The notes beneath the pieces were generated by a model. It searched no databases, had not been told where the DNA came from, and saw only the letters and a program-made list of their open reading frames with translations. Of a DNA stretch of 64,000 nucleotides, positions 40,530-54,140 are shown in pieces (within the stretch, counting starts at the first letter, position 1; the number at the start of each line of letters is the position of its first letter). Position numbers and translations under genes: made by a program. Location of the stretch: NCBI GenBank assembly GCA_964016885.1, contig OZ024750.1, forward strand, positions 53,506,001-53,570,000, in the 5' to 3' direction. Origin of the DNA: Eledone cirrhosa. Taxonomy: Eukaryota.

Positions 40530-43249
40530 GCTGTCTATCTCTTTCTCTGTTTAGAGGCACACACCCGTCTAACCCATGCTAGCGAGGAAGATAGACGTTA
40601 ATCGATGATGATAATATATATATATCTTTCTTTCTCTCTCACTCTAGACTGACTTGTATCTAAAAACCTTGGTTCTTTCTGGAAGGACAATCAAGTTCCT
40701 GTCTGAGCTTTCCTCACTCTCCCTTTCCACCCCACTCTGCTTATTAAATCATCCTGAATGAGGTGTGTTTCTTGTTGTTGTAGCTGTTTCTATCTTGTTA
40801 CTACATTCCAACTAGTTTACATGTGCTCATAGTACAGTGTTTAAATTCCTTCTTTTATGTTTTATATATATACACACACATACATGCTTGTGTGTGTATA
40901 TATATTTGCTTGTGTGTGTGTGTAATTATATATATACATTACACAAACACACACACACACATTATATACAGCTTCCTAATAATGGCTTTGTGAGTTATCC
41001 TCTATTCTGCCACCTGTCCAAACAACAGCGGCGTATGTAGCTGTTTCAGAAGAAATCTCCTGGCTCCACTTATAGACTAACTACGTAGTTTGGTGGAGTT
41101 AACCACAAGTAGTGACCAAACTAGACAATAATATCACAGCCATCATCATCAGTCTACTTTCCTTGCAATGGCTGAATATTTGGTATCAACCTGTCCAAAA
41201 CCACCCATTTTAAAGTGTTACTATTTAACTTAAAACTTCTTAATATAATTTTACATAAGAACCTTTTGTTATGTTAAAAAACCATCTTAATGAGATTATA
41301 ATTTTAGTAAATCCATCTGAAATTCCTAATAGATTCCATATAAAACTATTTTACAGAATATATCATTATGTTTATTTTACATTCACACATACATATATAC
41401 CCACACTGGCACACACCTTTTTCAAATAGTTATTCCTTGCTTTAGTAACTTCCACAAAAGCAAATACCAAATAATAGTTACATTTTATATAATATAGTAA
41501 CTTTCAGTATGGTACCTTTAACCCTTTTCTTACCATATTTCTATTGTAAAACAAAAATTTAGCAGGATTTAGTAATACAATTAATTTTCCCATTATTAAG
41601 TTGGCTGTTTGGAGCATAACTTAAAATTATGATGAAAGGTTTTTAGATAAATACACTTTAAAAGAGACAACTTTATATGAAAGAACCAGTTTCAGTTTCA
41701 GGCAGTTTGCTATCAATAGATAAATTTACATTACTTCTGAATGACATTTTAAAATCACCAATGACACGATGTAATCATTTTTCATTGAGGTTGCTATATA
41801 TATATATATATATATATATGTTTGTGTGTGTGTGGGTGTGTATATATATAAATATATTCTTGAGAATAACTTAAAATACCACATCATAATATAATTATTG
41901 CAGTTGAATATGTAGGCTAAATACTTCATCTTTTGTCAAGTTGTATTTGTGTGTGTATGTATGTGTTGTATACCAGCCAACAACAGATATGAAAATAGAT
42001 GTAGATAAATAACATATTTACAATGGTATCAAGTTGTTTTAGAAGAGAAACAGTGGTATGGTGATAATGGTGATAACAGCTTTACATGACACATGTAGTT
42101 TCCACAGTACAAGTGTACAACATATTGCACAGTAGGAAACAAAGAATGAGATGTGTTGCTGCTAACAAATACACTCAAAAGACTTATATAGCCACTCCTC
42201 ACTTAACGACCGGGTTTCACCAACTTCTTTTGGTTGTTAAACAAATTGATTCCATTCCACTAACCTAATCTGGTTGTAAAATGAATTGGTCAGTTCTTCT
42301 TCCGCTAACCAGACCTCATTTTAAAGTGAATTGGTGTTGATAAACAAAATGTTTACTGACTAATGAATTTTGTTCCAGCCACCTGATCGTAAAGTAAATT
42401 AGTCTGTAGATTCCTCCTCACCTAATCACTAACTTCTATTCCAACAACATGGACATTGCTTTAATGTCACACAATAAGTGATAAAGTTCAGGTATTATGA
42501 AATGTTACCAAGTATCAGTTTTATAATGAATTATCTGAATAAAGAAATTCATAAGAATCTACTGGAAACACTTCATGATTGGGATTTGTTTTATTTCTTT
42601 TCTTTTGCTAGATGAAAAACATAGAAAAACATATAACATAAAGAAATGGAGGTAAAGACGCCCTTCAGTCACAAATGACCATGAGCTTTGGCACTTAGTA
42701 AGTTCCGCTTTGTAGCACAAAGTCTGAGCAAGGTTTTGTGTTGAAGTCATCATCTAGAGCAGGTTAATATGATGATCCCAAAATGTTTTTAGGCCATTGA
42801 CCCTTTCAAGGAATCCTTGAACCCCACATTAGCCTCAGGTATCTCCAGAAATAAAAGAATAAATAAATCAGTAAATAAGGGTGGTGCCCCAGCATGGCCT
42901 CAGCCAGTCAACTGGGACAGAAGAGAAAGAATATAAAATAGACAATAAAAACTAATTATATATAAACAAGTTGTATTTTATTGTATGTTTATTTCTTAGT
43001 GCAAATGTTCACTCAAGTCCCTGGTGTAGTTTCAATGATCCTCTCTGAGGGTAGAGGGGGTCAATATTGACCACGTGGAGAACCCCCACCCTCCTGAGGT
43101 TAACAGCAATAAAATATAAGAAATTATACAATAAGCCATGTATAGTGGAACAATTAGCAAGGTTAGAATTAACAACTATAGTGAATAATTTTGCATGTTG
43201 GTAGGAGTACATTAAGACTGTTCTTAGCCCTCTCCTGTTTATTATATAT

Positions 43250-44812
43250 AGCATGTTGGTAGGAGTACATCAAGGCTCTGTTATTAACCCTCTCCTGTTT
43301 CTTATTGCCCTACAGGCTATAACAGAAGAGTTTTAGACTGGTTGCCCATGGGAATTTCTATATGCAGATGATCTAAACTTTATAGCTGAATATAAGGCAG
43401 AATTAGAGAAGAAATTCCAAACTTGGAAGCAAGGCCTAGAATCAAAAGGTTTTAAAGTCAACCTGGTAAAGACCAAAGTCCTAGTATGTTGAATGGATAA
43501 TAGGGCTGAGATTCCCTCAGGAAAATGGCCTTGCTCAGTGTGCAGGAAAGGAGTAGGTAGAAACTACATCCACGAGATGTAGTGAGATTTCAGGTAGGCT
43601 AGCAGAGAACATAGGTTTCATATGTGATAGTTGCACAGGTGTAGTAAGTAGCAACATCCCACAGGATACTAACTCATTTAAATGTTCAGAGGGCTTGGTG
43701 GCAGTAGTTGATAGTTTCTGTTACCTGGACGACCAAATTAGCAGTGGGGGTGGATGTTCCGAAAGTACTGTAGCTAGAGTGAGAACAAGATGGAGAAAGT
43801 TCAGGGAGCTACTACCGCTGCTAACTACAAAAGGTTTTACACTCAAAATGATGGGTAAATTATATGATGTGTGTATATGAACAGCAATGTTGCATGGCAG
43901 TGAGACCTGGGCACTGTGTTGCATGGCAGTGAGACCTGGGCACTGTGTTGCATGGCAGTGAGACCTGGGCACTGTGTTGCATGGCAGTGAGACCTGGGCA
44001 CTGTGTTGCATGGCAGTGAGACCTGGGCACTGTGTTGCATGGCAGTGAGACCTGGGCACTGTGTTGCATGGCAGTGAGACCTGAGCACTGTGTTGCATGG
44101 CAGTGAGACCTGCGAAGATTGGAAACAAATGAAGCTTCCATACTTTGATGGATGTGTAATAGTAATATAGATGAACAGCAAAGCTTAAATAAGCTGAGAG
44201 AGAAACTGGACATAGGAGGGATCAGATAGTGTACAGGAGAATGGATTGGTATGGACAGATGTATTCCAGATGACTGCTGCATAAACAGTTGCAGGGGGCT
44301 CAAAGTTGATGGAAGCTACTGTGTAGAAAGACTTTGGATGAGGTAAAAGGGACGTGATGACACAATATCGAGATCTCTGGCATTATGCAGTAATACAGAA
44401 GACCTGCCTTCCCATGAGCATGGGTTAAAACATACATCTTGTATGTACTACCTTCCCCCTCCATACACCTCCATGTGCTAACACCCTTCTTTTCGTGTAC
44501 GTCCCTCTTGCACGTCCTAACACATCACCCCTCACACATGCCCCTAGATCTACTTCCCTAATCCCCACACACCTCTCTTCCAAGTCTCCAGCCCACACTG
44601 TAAAGTGGTTGCGTAGGTGCCATGACAAAAAGCACCCACCACACACTGTAAATATGGTTGGTATTAGGAAGGGCATCCAGCCATAGAAACCAAGCCAAAA
44701 CCAATTCTGTATGAGCAAGACATGATCATCTGACTTGGCTTGTCACACAATGGGGTAACTCGTCTAACCCATGCTAGCATGGAAAAATGGACGTTAAATG
44801 GTGATGATGATA
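43250..44812 (+). mobile_element. RTE-clade LINE RT 3' half with SINE-like tail
   Basis: VGVHQGSVINPLLF, PWEFLYADDL, VVDSFCYLDD...ARVRTRWRKFRELLPLL, MLHGSETW; tail gtctaacccatgctagcatggaaaaatggacgttaaatggtgatgatga. Confidence 0.85.
43888..44112. repeat. 29-bp tandem repeat (~7.8 copies) derived from RTE coding sequence
   Basis: tgttgcatggcagtgagacctgggcactg corresponds to the codons for (M)LHGSETWAL. Confidence 0.95.
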
Positions 44813-45753
44813 TAAATTCATATAGTATGTAGATTATTGATTTGTGTGTGTGTCAGTTAATCAGAGTTATAAAAGGTACTCAATACATAGGTAGATTTCA
44901 TATTGAAATGACTTCTACAGGACTAGAACTGTTTCATTTGTATGAAATCATCAGCAATTCATCCCATTCTGTTTTCAGAGAAAATGTTGATTGCGAGCAT
45001 GTTGGAAGTCATATTAGCTGAAAACACGGAAAACCTTAACTATTACCAATTTTATTTACTGTTTTTAGTGGTCAACCTACAAACTTCCTTTTTATAAAAA
45101 TATATGTATATATCATCATCATTTCATTTTACGTCCGCTTTTTCCTGCTTGCAAGGGTGGGACGAGAATATATGTATCTAAAAGGTAAACAGAAATAACA
45201 ACACAATCGGTGCAGTATATGGAAGGAATATATTAGGTTAGCACTTGAAATGGCAGGAAATATATATTCACATCATCTACGTACATATTATCTATATGAC
45301 AGATACATTAAAAGAGGTGAGAGTCACATTAGAGAGGTATTACCAATGTGATATAGATGTTTGTGTAGTGGGGGATTATTGTAATTGTTAAATTGTTACA
45401 GATTATTGCAGTCTAATATAATTGATGCAGTCATAATCTTGGCTTTATGAAAAACAAAGTTAGGTAAATATGTGTGTATGGTAACAGTTTGACTTATTGT
45501 TTGGCATTACCAAATCGTTTCGTGGTCATAAATACAACCAGCTCTGGTAATGCTAAGAAAAATAAGTTGAATTATTAATATAAATATTCTCAACTTCCAC
45601 ATTGTGTTGATTGCTCTTTTCTTCGATTGTGTGTGTGGATTGGGGCCCCTATCATTAAAACATCAAGAAACCTGAGATGCAACTTCATCGGAAGCCAGTT
45701 AAAACTGCATGGAGGTGACTGTAACAACATATATGTATGTACATATGTATGTT

Positions 45754-46302
45754 ATCTCTTTCTCTTAATTTCGAGTATATTTTTGACCGGCCACCCTCCT
45801 GGTGGCAAGGTTGTAAAAGAAAAGAAATTGTCATCCCTTGAATCGCAAGAACGTTTTGCAAATTTTGAAGGTGCCAACTAATCCAGCCATTTGTAGACTA
45901 TGAATTAGGGAGCTGTGCCTTTGTCCGCAAATCCAAGTTCAGTTATACATTGGTCCAAGCGGGTTGGTATATAACCCGTAGCTCCAATAATGATGGGTAT
46001 GAAGCTAAAGGTGTATCTTGGATACTGGATATGTAAACTCCTCATCAATGGTCCATAGATGTCCTCCTTCTCCTGTATTTTTCTGACAACGTTTACATCA
46101 AGTGGGCAGCTGATCTCCACAACAGAACATATTTTCAATGTGTGGTCCCAAACAACAATATCAGGCCGGTTGTGCTTTAATTTGGTGGCAGTTTTTATTT
46201 TCAGGTTCCACCAGTATTCCTTAGTGTCATCTGTCTCAATATATTCTTCCTCGTTTGTTTTTAATTTTGTTTTCCGAAGTGCGTTCCAGATGGTTCTAGC
46301 TA
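45754..46302 (-). mobile_element. 5'-truncated REL-endonuclease (R4/NeSL-type) retrotransposon with 14-bp TSD
   Basis: KEYWWNLKIKTATKLKHNRPDIVVWD..KICSVVEISCPLD..KEDIYGPL..FIPIIIGATG; tacatatgtatgtt at 45740-45753 and 46303-46316. Confidence 0.8.
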
Positions 46303-46499
46303 TACATATGTATGTTCTTCTGGTTTTATAATTTCACAATTGTTTTCCCAATAGAGAGAGAGTCGGTTTCTAACATAGACACACAACTCTCTCATTGGAA
46401 TTTACACAACATCAACTAGGTAGATTATGTCTGCATGCATGTGTAGATATGGATGTTATTGTATGTGTGGATGTGGATGTTTTGAGTTGTATGTGTGCA

Positions 46500-47868
46500 T
46501 GTGTTGTATCTGTACAAGTATATATGCAGTTATTAGATGCAGTTAAATTTTTGGGATGTTTTAGATATTTTTACTGTTCCATTAATGGATGGTACTTGTA
46601 ATTTCCTAACTAGTTGTGTTCTTTCTGTTCCTGTGAAGTCCAGCTTCTCAAGATTTGTATTGAGGCAGTTACTAACATACCCCAGTGCCCCAATAATCAC
46701 AGGCATAAATCTGAAGGTATAGTCAGGGTGGAGTATCTGCAGATTTCTCATCAGTTCTGCATAAATATTCTCCTTTTCACTAATCTTTGATATTATATTG
46801 GCATCTGCTGGACAGCTAACTTCCACTACTGTGCATGCCTTTTTTTCCCGGTCCCATATCATAATATCTGGTCTGTTATGCCTGCATTTTATTGGGGTTT
46901 TTACTGGAACATTCCACCAGTACTCTTCCATATTATGTACATGGATGTCTTCCACATTGCTGTAGCTTTTAATGTGTTTATTATCGGGGCTATCTTTTCT
47001 ACGGATTGCATTGTACAGTGTTTTGGCCACTACATCATGCCTCATTGGTAGATAGTACCGCGATGACATCTTTGGACAGCTGCTGGGTGACCTCTTCGAT
47101 GTTAATTCTGCAGAGTCTGCACTTGTTATCACATCTAGGTGTTTTGCCTGCATCCCTATCTCTTTTGTGAATCAGGTATTTTGTGTTAATTTCCTGTTCT
47201 TGGATTGCAAAAGTGTATCCTTCAAAGTGGGAGCCAATACAGCGGTTATTGGTCCAAGATAGACTACTTTCCTTATCTATATTACTTTCACTCTGGAGCT
47301 TCCTGGCAACATATCCATGCATGATCTTTTTGTTGATAAGCATGCAGTTTTTCATCCATGGATTCACTGCGATACTACTGAGCGACTTCCCTGGGTCTGA
47401 GTTTTTGATTATCACACAGGGAATATCTCTCAAGGAGTTCCTTCCCAACAATCATGATCTTATCTGTTTCATGCAGACAGACTTGCTCGAGAGATGGGCT
47501 CCTACGCTTCGAGGTTCGTAGATGTTGTCGGAGGGATATGGTGTGACATTCAAATGCTGTCTGGACTGATGTTAGGCCTCTGCCTCCCTGCTTACGTTTC
47601 AAGTAAAGGTGGTTATGTCACTGTTGATGTGGAAGTTTCCGGTGTTGTTCAGTATTTTTCGAGTTCCAACATCAACTGCTCGGATTTCGTCTATTGTCCA
47701 ATTGAGTATTCCAAACATTGGTGTTAGGACAGGCACAGCAAACACATTGTGAGCCACTGTTTTGTTTTGCGCAGAGAGTTCCGATGACCAGATCTTTCTT
47801 AATTGGGTGTAGTATTCCCTGGTTATGCATTCTTTATTACAGATACCATTATAGGATATGTTTTCATC
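46500..47868 (-). mobile_element. 5'-truncated REL-endonuclease (R4/NeSL-type) retrotransposon, related family
   Basis: AHNVFAVPVL, KRKQGGRGL, FAIQEQEINTKY, KCRLCRINIE, YLPMRHDVVAK, KCRHNRPDIMIWD..VVEVSCPAD; frameshifted; 5' end abuts a (TATG)n tract. Confidence 0.85.
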
Positions 47869-48489
47869 TATGTATGTATGTCCATATGTATGTATGTACA
47901 TATGTATGTATGTGTATATGTACACATTGTTTACAAATTGTGATCATCACCACCACTCATCACCACCACCGATTGGTGGAGCGTCAGACACCATGCTTTG
48001 CAACATAGAGTTATGGCCCTTTACGTCCTGAGTTCAAATCAAGCCGAGGTTAGCTTTGCGTTTCATCCTTACAGGGTCGATAAATAAAGTACCAGTAATG
48101 CACTGGGGTAATTGCTGGCCTTGTTCCAAAACTAGAAACAATTATCACTACAAGATGATAGATTGTTAGAATTGTTAGAGCATTGGTCAAAATTCCATGT
48201 TCTATTTAACCATTGACTTTCACATTCTGTATTTATTCCCCCCACCTAATTAACTTTCCCTTTCATCCTTCCTGGGTCAATAAAATTAAGTACCAGTCAT
48301 GTACTGGTGTCAGTTTAATTGACTATTCTCTCCTCTGCAGTTCCTAGTCTTGTGCCTATGTTAAAAATCAATTATTATTGTTTTAACTTTTGATATTCCT
48401 ATTTCAAATTATTAGCTGAAGATGTATAAGCCACACTTTACCCCCAATATGGCATGAAAATCAGCATGCTATATAATTATGGTAAATGT

Positions 48490-48700
48490 CACCATCATCA
48501 TCATTGATTTTTCATCCACTTTTCCATGTTTGCATGAGATGAGCAGGTCCTTCTCAGCATGCCGTCCCTTCCCTCCCCGCGTTGCTTCATCATCTCTTCA
48601 GTGAATGTCAGCGATTTGCGGCTAGCTCTCAGCACTTCTGTCCAGGTCTTCTTTGGTATGCCTCTACTACAGCTTCCTTCCATTGGGATTTTCATTGGAA
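48490..48700 (-). mobile_element. RTE LINE extreme 3' fragment
   Basis: EGSCSRGIPKKTWTEV plus catgcaaacatggaaaagtggatg...gatgatg tail. Confidence 0.7.
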
Positions 48701-51240
48701 CTAAAGCCACTACAACTCAGAAGAGTCATTTTAGTCATAAAAAAAACGAAATACACACAAAATCAATTTAACTTTATATTTTTCATTTGTTTCTTGCTGT
48801 TAAAATGTTTGTCATACTCTTTATAACATGAACATTGGATTCACAATCATGAGTTTGTAAGCTTTATTACTGGATTGGGTGATGTATCCGTGAGCAAGAC
48901 ACCCTATTTCATGTTGCTCTTTCTGCCAGGAGCTGCAACTGGTAGATAGTATCAGCAATGGAAAGACCAATGGAAACATTGTTTCCTTGGTTCAATTTGA
49001 CGAGTTCCACCCAGTAAGTGAATGCAGTTTTGATCTTGTTGATCATTCCATGTTAAAATACTCAATAAGCAATCTCACTATATTTTTAATGAATGATACT
49101 GCCCGTAATTTTCAACTAATTTTCAAAACAATCAAAAACTTGGAGGAATTTATTAATATAACTAACTTTCTCATTATTAAGCTTTTGTTTTTAACAGCCT
49201 GTGATTATTTAGCTGAAAATATCTAAAAACAGGTTTGTTAATTCAAATCTTTACTGGTGGAGAGATCATTGTGAAAATTTACTGTAAATTAAAGCATTTA
49301 ATTTTCAATGTGAGGCATCTATAGTGCTGCTTTGTGCTTTCCAAAGATGTTTTGCAGTTTCATGTATTACAGGATATTAAGTGTTTATAAAAGCTCTTAC
49401 ATAAAATTATGGGATTTAGATAAATATTAACACTTTAAGATAAATAGCTTAGTATCTTATAACTATGGGTGGTTTTAGGTGGTTTGCTATGGAAATGGTC
49501 AGTGAGTTGCTATGGAACTGTGTCAATGACACTTCCACAATGTAAAAGATAAATTTTATTCTTTAAATTGGATAAAGGCGTTGGCATATTAATATATCTT
49601 CTACTGATATTCTTGTTCTACTAATGCCACTTTTCTTGATCCATAATCATATGAAATACTGATTAATCTGGATTAGAAAGCTGCCTATGAGTGTGAGTGT
49701 TTGATTATGATTTGTTTTTCAAGATTAACTCCTCGTCTCTAATTAGAACTAAAAGGTGAGGTGAACTAGTTGCACTTATGAACTAGAGAGAGAAGAAGGA
49801 TAGAGAGAGGTAGATAGAGTGAAAGAGAAAGAAAGGTAGATAGTTAGAGAAGTAAATACATAATGAGAGAGGAATTGTGGTTCAATTATAGTGATTGTAA
49901 TTACTACTACTACCACTACTACAGACCACTGGCGAAGAACAACAAACAACGGTAATGTCTGAGATACTTATGCCATATATATCACTGGAATTTCATGTCT
50001 TTTCTGGTTTAATAGTTTCTTCAATGAGTTATGGAATATAAGAGCTGATATTGGTCACACTGAGCACTCATTAGTATTGTTAGTAGTAGTCAAACTATTA
50101 TCACATTGTTATTATTAGTGTTATTATCATCACCATTGTTTTTGTTATTGGTTCAAATCCCACTAAGGCTAGCTTTACCGATCATCCTTATAGGGGTGAT
50201 AAAGTACCAGTAATGCACTGGTGTTGATTTAACTATAATTATTATTGGTGTGGTGGATTGACAATATTGATTGTGTTAGAGAAAATGTTTTGTGGTATTT
50301 AGTTAGAACCTTCTATGTTCTCAGTTCAAATCCTACCATGGTCAACTACATCTTTCCCTAAAGTACCAGTTAAGTACTGGGGTTGATATAATCAATGATC
50401 CTCCTTGCTGGCCTTGTTCCAATGTTAGCTTGAATTATTGTTGTTGTTGTTATTATATTAAGGGCGGAGGATTGGCAGAATTGGTAGGGCATTGGATAAT
50501 CTTTACAGCATAGTTACATCCCTTTGTTCTGGGTTCAAATCCCACCGCGGTTAGCTTTGCCTTTCACCCTTACGGGATCATTAAAATACCAGTAATGCAC
50601 TGGGGTCCTCTCTATATTTGTGTGTATGTGTGTGACTCTCTCTCTCTGTTTATCTGTCTGTATGTGTGTGTAACACTATCTCTGTTTTATGTATGTGTGT
50701 GTGACTCTCTGTGTGTTTATCTGTCTGTGTATATGTATGTGTGTGTGTGTGTGTGACTCTGTGTGTTTATCTGTCTGTCTGTATATGTGTGTGTGTGTGA
50801 CTCTGTGTGTTTATCTGTCTGTATGTGTGTGTGTGACTGTGTTTGTCTGTGTATATGTGTGTGTGACTGTGTGTTTGTCTGTCTGTCCCATTACTTAGCA
50901 GTTTGACAAAATAAGATCATGAAATAAAATTCACACTTCAAAAAATATATAATGACGTTGATATGCTTGACTAAATCAAGGTGGTGCCTTAGCACACCTA
51001 AGGGTCTAATGACTGACCAGTAAATGAATACACACATCCCTATACAATAATTCTTTGGGGAAAGGGGAAAGACGTTTATATCAACTCTAGTATATAACTG
51101 GTACTTTCTTTTATCAACTATAGAAAGGATGAAATACAAAGTTGACCCCAGCAACGACTCAGAACATAGAAAGTCATAAAACTAAAGACAGGAAAACAGT
51201 TTTTTGTTACTCTTCACTGATTCTGGCAATCCACCACATT

Positions 51241-51577
51241 CAGTAATATGTAATAACACAGCCATAACACAGTAATATGTAATAACACAATAATATGTAA
51301 TAACACAGCCATAACACAGTAATATGTAATAACACAATAATATGTAATAACACAGCCATAACACAGTAATATGTAATAACACAGCCATAACACTGTAATA
51401 TGTAATAACACAGTAATATGTAATAACACAGCCATAACACAGTAATATGTAATAACACAGCCATAACACAGTAATATGTAATAACACAGTAATATGTAAT
51501 AACACAGCCATAACACAGTAATATGTAATAACACAGCCATAACACAGTAATATGTAATAACACAGCCATAACCAGTA
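51241..51577. repeat. Composite 18/29-bp tandem repeat
   Basis: cagtaatatgtaataaca units with or without cagccataaca; explains the VLLHIT/CYYILL ORFs. Confidence 0.92.
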
Positions 51578-51578
51578 A

Positions 51579-52468
51579 TCTATATATATAGTTTGAATCC
51601 CTAAAACTCGAGAACCACCCAACCGACTGTTTTCAAACTTTACACATGGTATACTTATGTTTCAGGGAGTGTTCTGAGCAAAAGAAATTTCAAATTTTCA
51701 ATGCCCTAGGGACCACATTGGGCAATTTAGCGATCTCTCTCTATAATTCTTAGTCTTTCTCATTTTAGAGAGATACATACATATAACGTCGCGCCCTTAT
51801 AATATCTGTCTGTATGTCTGACTGTCTGCATTACGTCACTTCCCTGAGGATGTCAGTGTGTGTGTGTCTGTGAGTTTGAATCCCTAAAACTCGAGAAGTA
51901 CCCACCGACTTTTTTCAAACTTTACATGTGTATTGCTTATATTTGAGGGAGTGTTTTGCACATGAAAAAATTCAACTATTTGATCCCCTACGGCCCGCAT
52001 TAGTTGAAAAACTGCGTTTTTTTTTCAGGTTTTTAGGGGTTATTTGAGGCGTTACGTCAGACTGATTTCCTTGAAATTGTAACTATGTATTAGTCAGTCT
52101 CTTCATACCGTAAGCAAAGAAAATCCAATTTTTTTATGGCCTAGGGCCCGCATTAGGTGAAAAACTTAATTTATTCAGCTTTTTAGGGCTCTTTTGAGGC
52201 GTTACGTCTAGCCGATTTTCCCGAAATTTCAAGGCATATTATGCACATAAAAAAAATTCATTTTCTTGTTTCCCTAGGGCTCACATTAGGTGAAAACCTG
52301 CATTTTTCCGGCTTCATTGAGGAAAATCTTAAAGATTATCCAGCCATCAGAGTATTCAGTTTATTTTCTTTACATATTGTCCAGGCATGCAGTTTTTACA
52401 CGATTGGTCTGTTGGCAGCCCGCGTTCCAAAATACCTTATCCTGTGCAACGCCGGGTACTACTGCTAG
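51579..52468 (+). mobile_element. Non-autonomous Helitron
   Basis: 5' a|TCtatatatat; 3' GC-rich hairpin cctgtgcaacgccggg followed by CTAG|t; inserted between A and T with no TSD; internal direct repeats (gtttgaatccctaaaactcgagaa twice, cctagggcccgcattagg-like four times) and (gtct)n. Confidence 0.75.
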
Positions 52469-52618
52469 TATGTAAATATAATATCTGTTGACATGATCAA
52501 GTCATACCTGTTATCTACTGTGGTCTCTTTAAAGATAATAATGTTGTAATATTCTATAAAGAAATTGTTAAACCTCTTCCTCAATTCTTTCACACATTAA
52601 GGGTGTGTGTGTACACTG

Positions 52619-52649
<31 letters not shown>

Positions 52650-52698
52650 AATATACACGGGTGTGTATGATTGTGTATAGAAGATGTATATAGAGGTG

Positions 52699-52763
<65 letters not shown>

Positions 52764-52817
52764 GATGTATATAGAGGTGTATATATATATATATATTCCT
52801 ATTGTGTATATGCCAAC

Positions 52818-54140
52818 ATGTCTGGAAAGCAACAAATGAAATCAACAGAATCAGAAAGAATTCTAAAGGAGATATTGAAATTATCAACACTTATCACGAT
52901 GATGGACACACAATCCTCTATTTTAAAGGAAATAGAAAAACAATCTACAGACGGAAAACTTATAACTGAACGTATAAACTCTGAAATTAAGAATTTAGCT
53001 GAAATTATACCAACAGTTATCAAAGATACAAGAGAAAGCCTACCACAACCCCCTTGGATGTCAGAACTAAACGAAAGAAATTTGGAAAACAAAACACATC
53101 GAATAAGAAAAGAAATGTGGAAGACATGGAAAAAATTTCTTAACATAAGAAAACAAAACTTCTGGAAAGAATACAAATGCGAAAAATATGTCGAAACACA
53201 TTCGAAATGGCTCTCTCTAACGGCACCCATACTCCCTCGTAAAGACCTAATTACAGAAATTGCAGGAGAACCAGAAGAAGAAACGAAACTCCGATGGGAA
53301 CTTACATTGACAATATTCAGGACCGACATCTCCATTTCTCAATGTAAACAATCCCGCTACAAAGCCAAATATGAAGCTATCGATGATCAAATTGAAGTTG
53401 AAATTTCAAAGCTAACGACTGGTAATATAGCTGAAAAACTACGAGAACTATGGATCAGAGATACCTCAAAAGAAGAAAACAAATCAAGAAAGTTATGGTA
53501 GCAGAAACAATTATTTCTCGACGAATATGCTGCAAATTACGGTAAAGACCCTGGAACCCTGAGAAAAAGCATTAAAAGTGGACAATCTCACCAACACAAA
53601 CACTCACCTTACCTTGAATCAAAGAAGAACTACGGTAATAACTCTTCACTTTTTCTACAAAAACACCCTATCGCACACAACATGAACAAAAAGCTCAAAC
53701 ACAATAGATATTCCTTTGACCAGACCATGAGAAGTAGTAAAACCAGGAGATCATTCTCAAGATCTCAACAGAGACTACCCACAAGGAATGTGGAAACAAA
53801 ACGTACAATAACCAGATCACTCTCAAGATCTCAACAGAGATTACCCACAAGAAACTGGGCGAATAAACGATCTAAACCTGAAAGCAAACCTAGGTCATTT
53901 CCCCAGATTGTTAAAAATAATACTAACAAGAAATGGAAAAATAATATACATAATACCAAAAATAGGACAAAATACATAACAAAACCAAATATAATATCAC
54001 GACCAAAAGTTCATCAAGCGAACACCAACAGGAATATAAATCCTGAACAGAGAAAAATCCATTTTTTAACGGCAGGACAACAAAAACCGGAAAAAGAAAA
54101 ACTCCAGGAGGAAACGTACCCAAAACAACTGTACACGTAG
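52818..54140 (+). pseudogene. PLE upstream ORF1 (~440 codons, one internal TAG at 53499-53501); helical/charged N-half, basic RS-rich C-half
   Basis: ORFs 52671-53501 and 53682-54140 are in one frame and the intervening 53502-53681 is open; first plausible ATG at 52818 (MSGKQQMK); duplicated RSxSRSQQRLPTRN. Confidence 0.7.

Noticed and set aside
49925-49951. Possible Trio micro-exon cag|accactggcgaagaacaacaaacaacg|gtaatg
   Set aside because: No polypyrimidine tract (it follows a (TAC)n repeat), and the similarity is too short to be meaningful.
53499-53501. Recoded (selenocysteine) stop in PLE ORF1
   Set aside because: The codon is TAG, not TGA, and the copy carries other disabling mutations, so decay is the simpler explanation.
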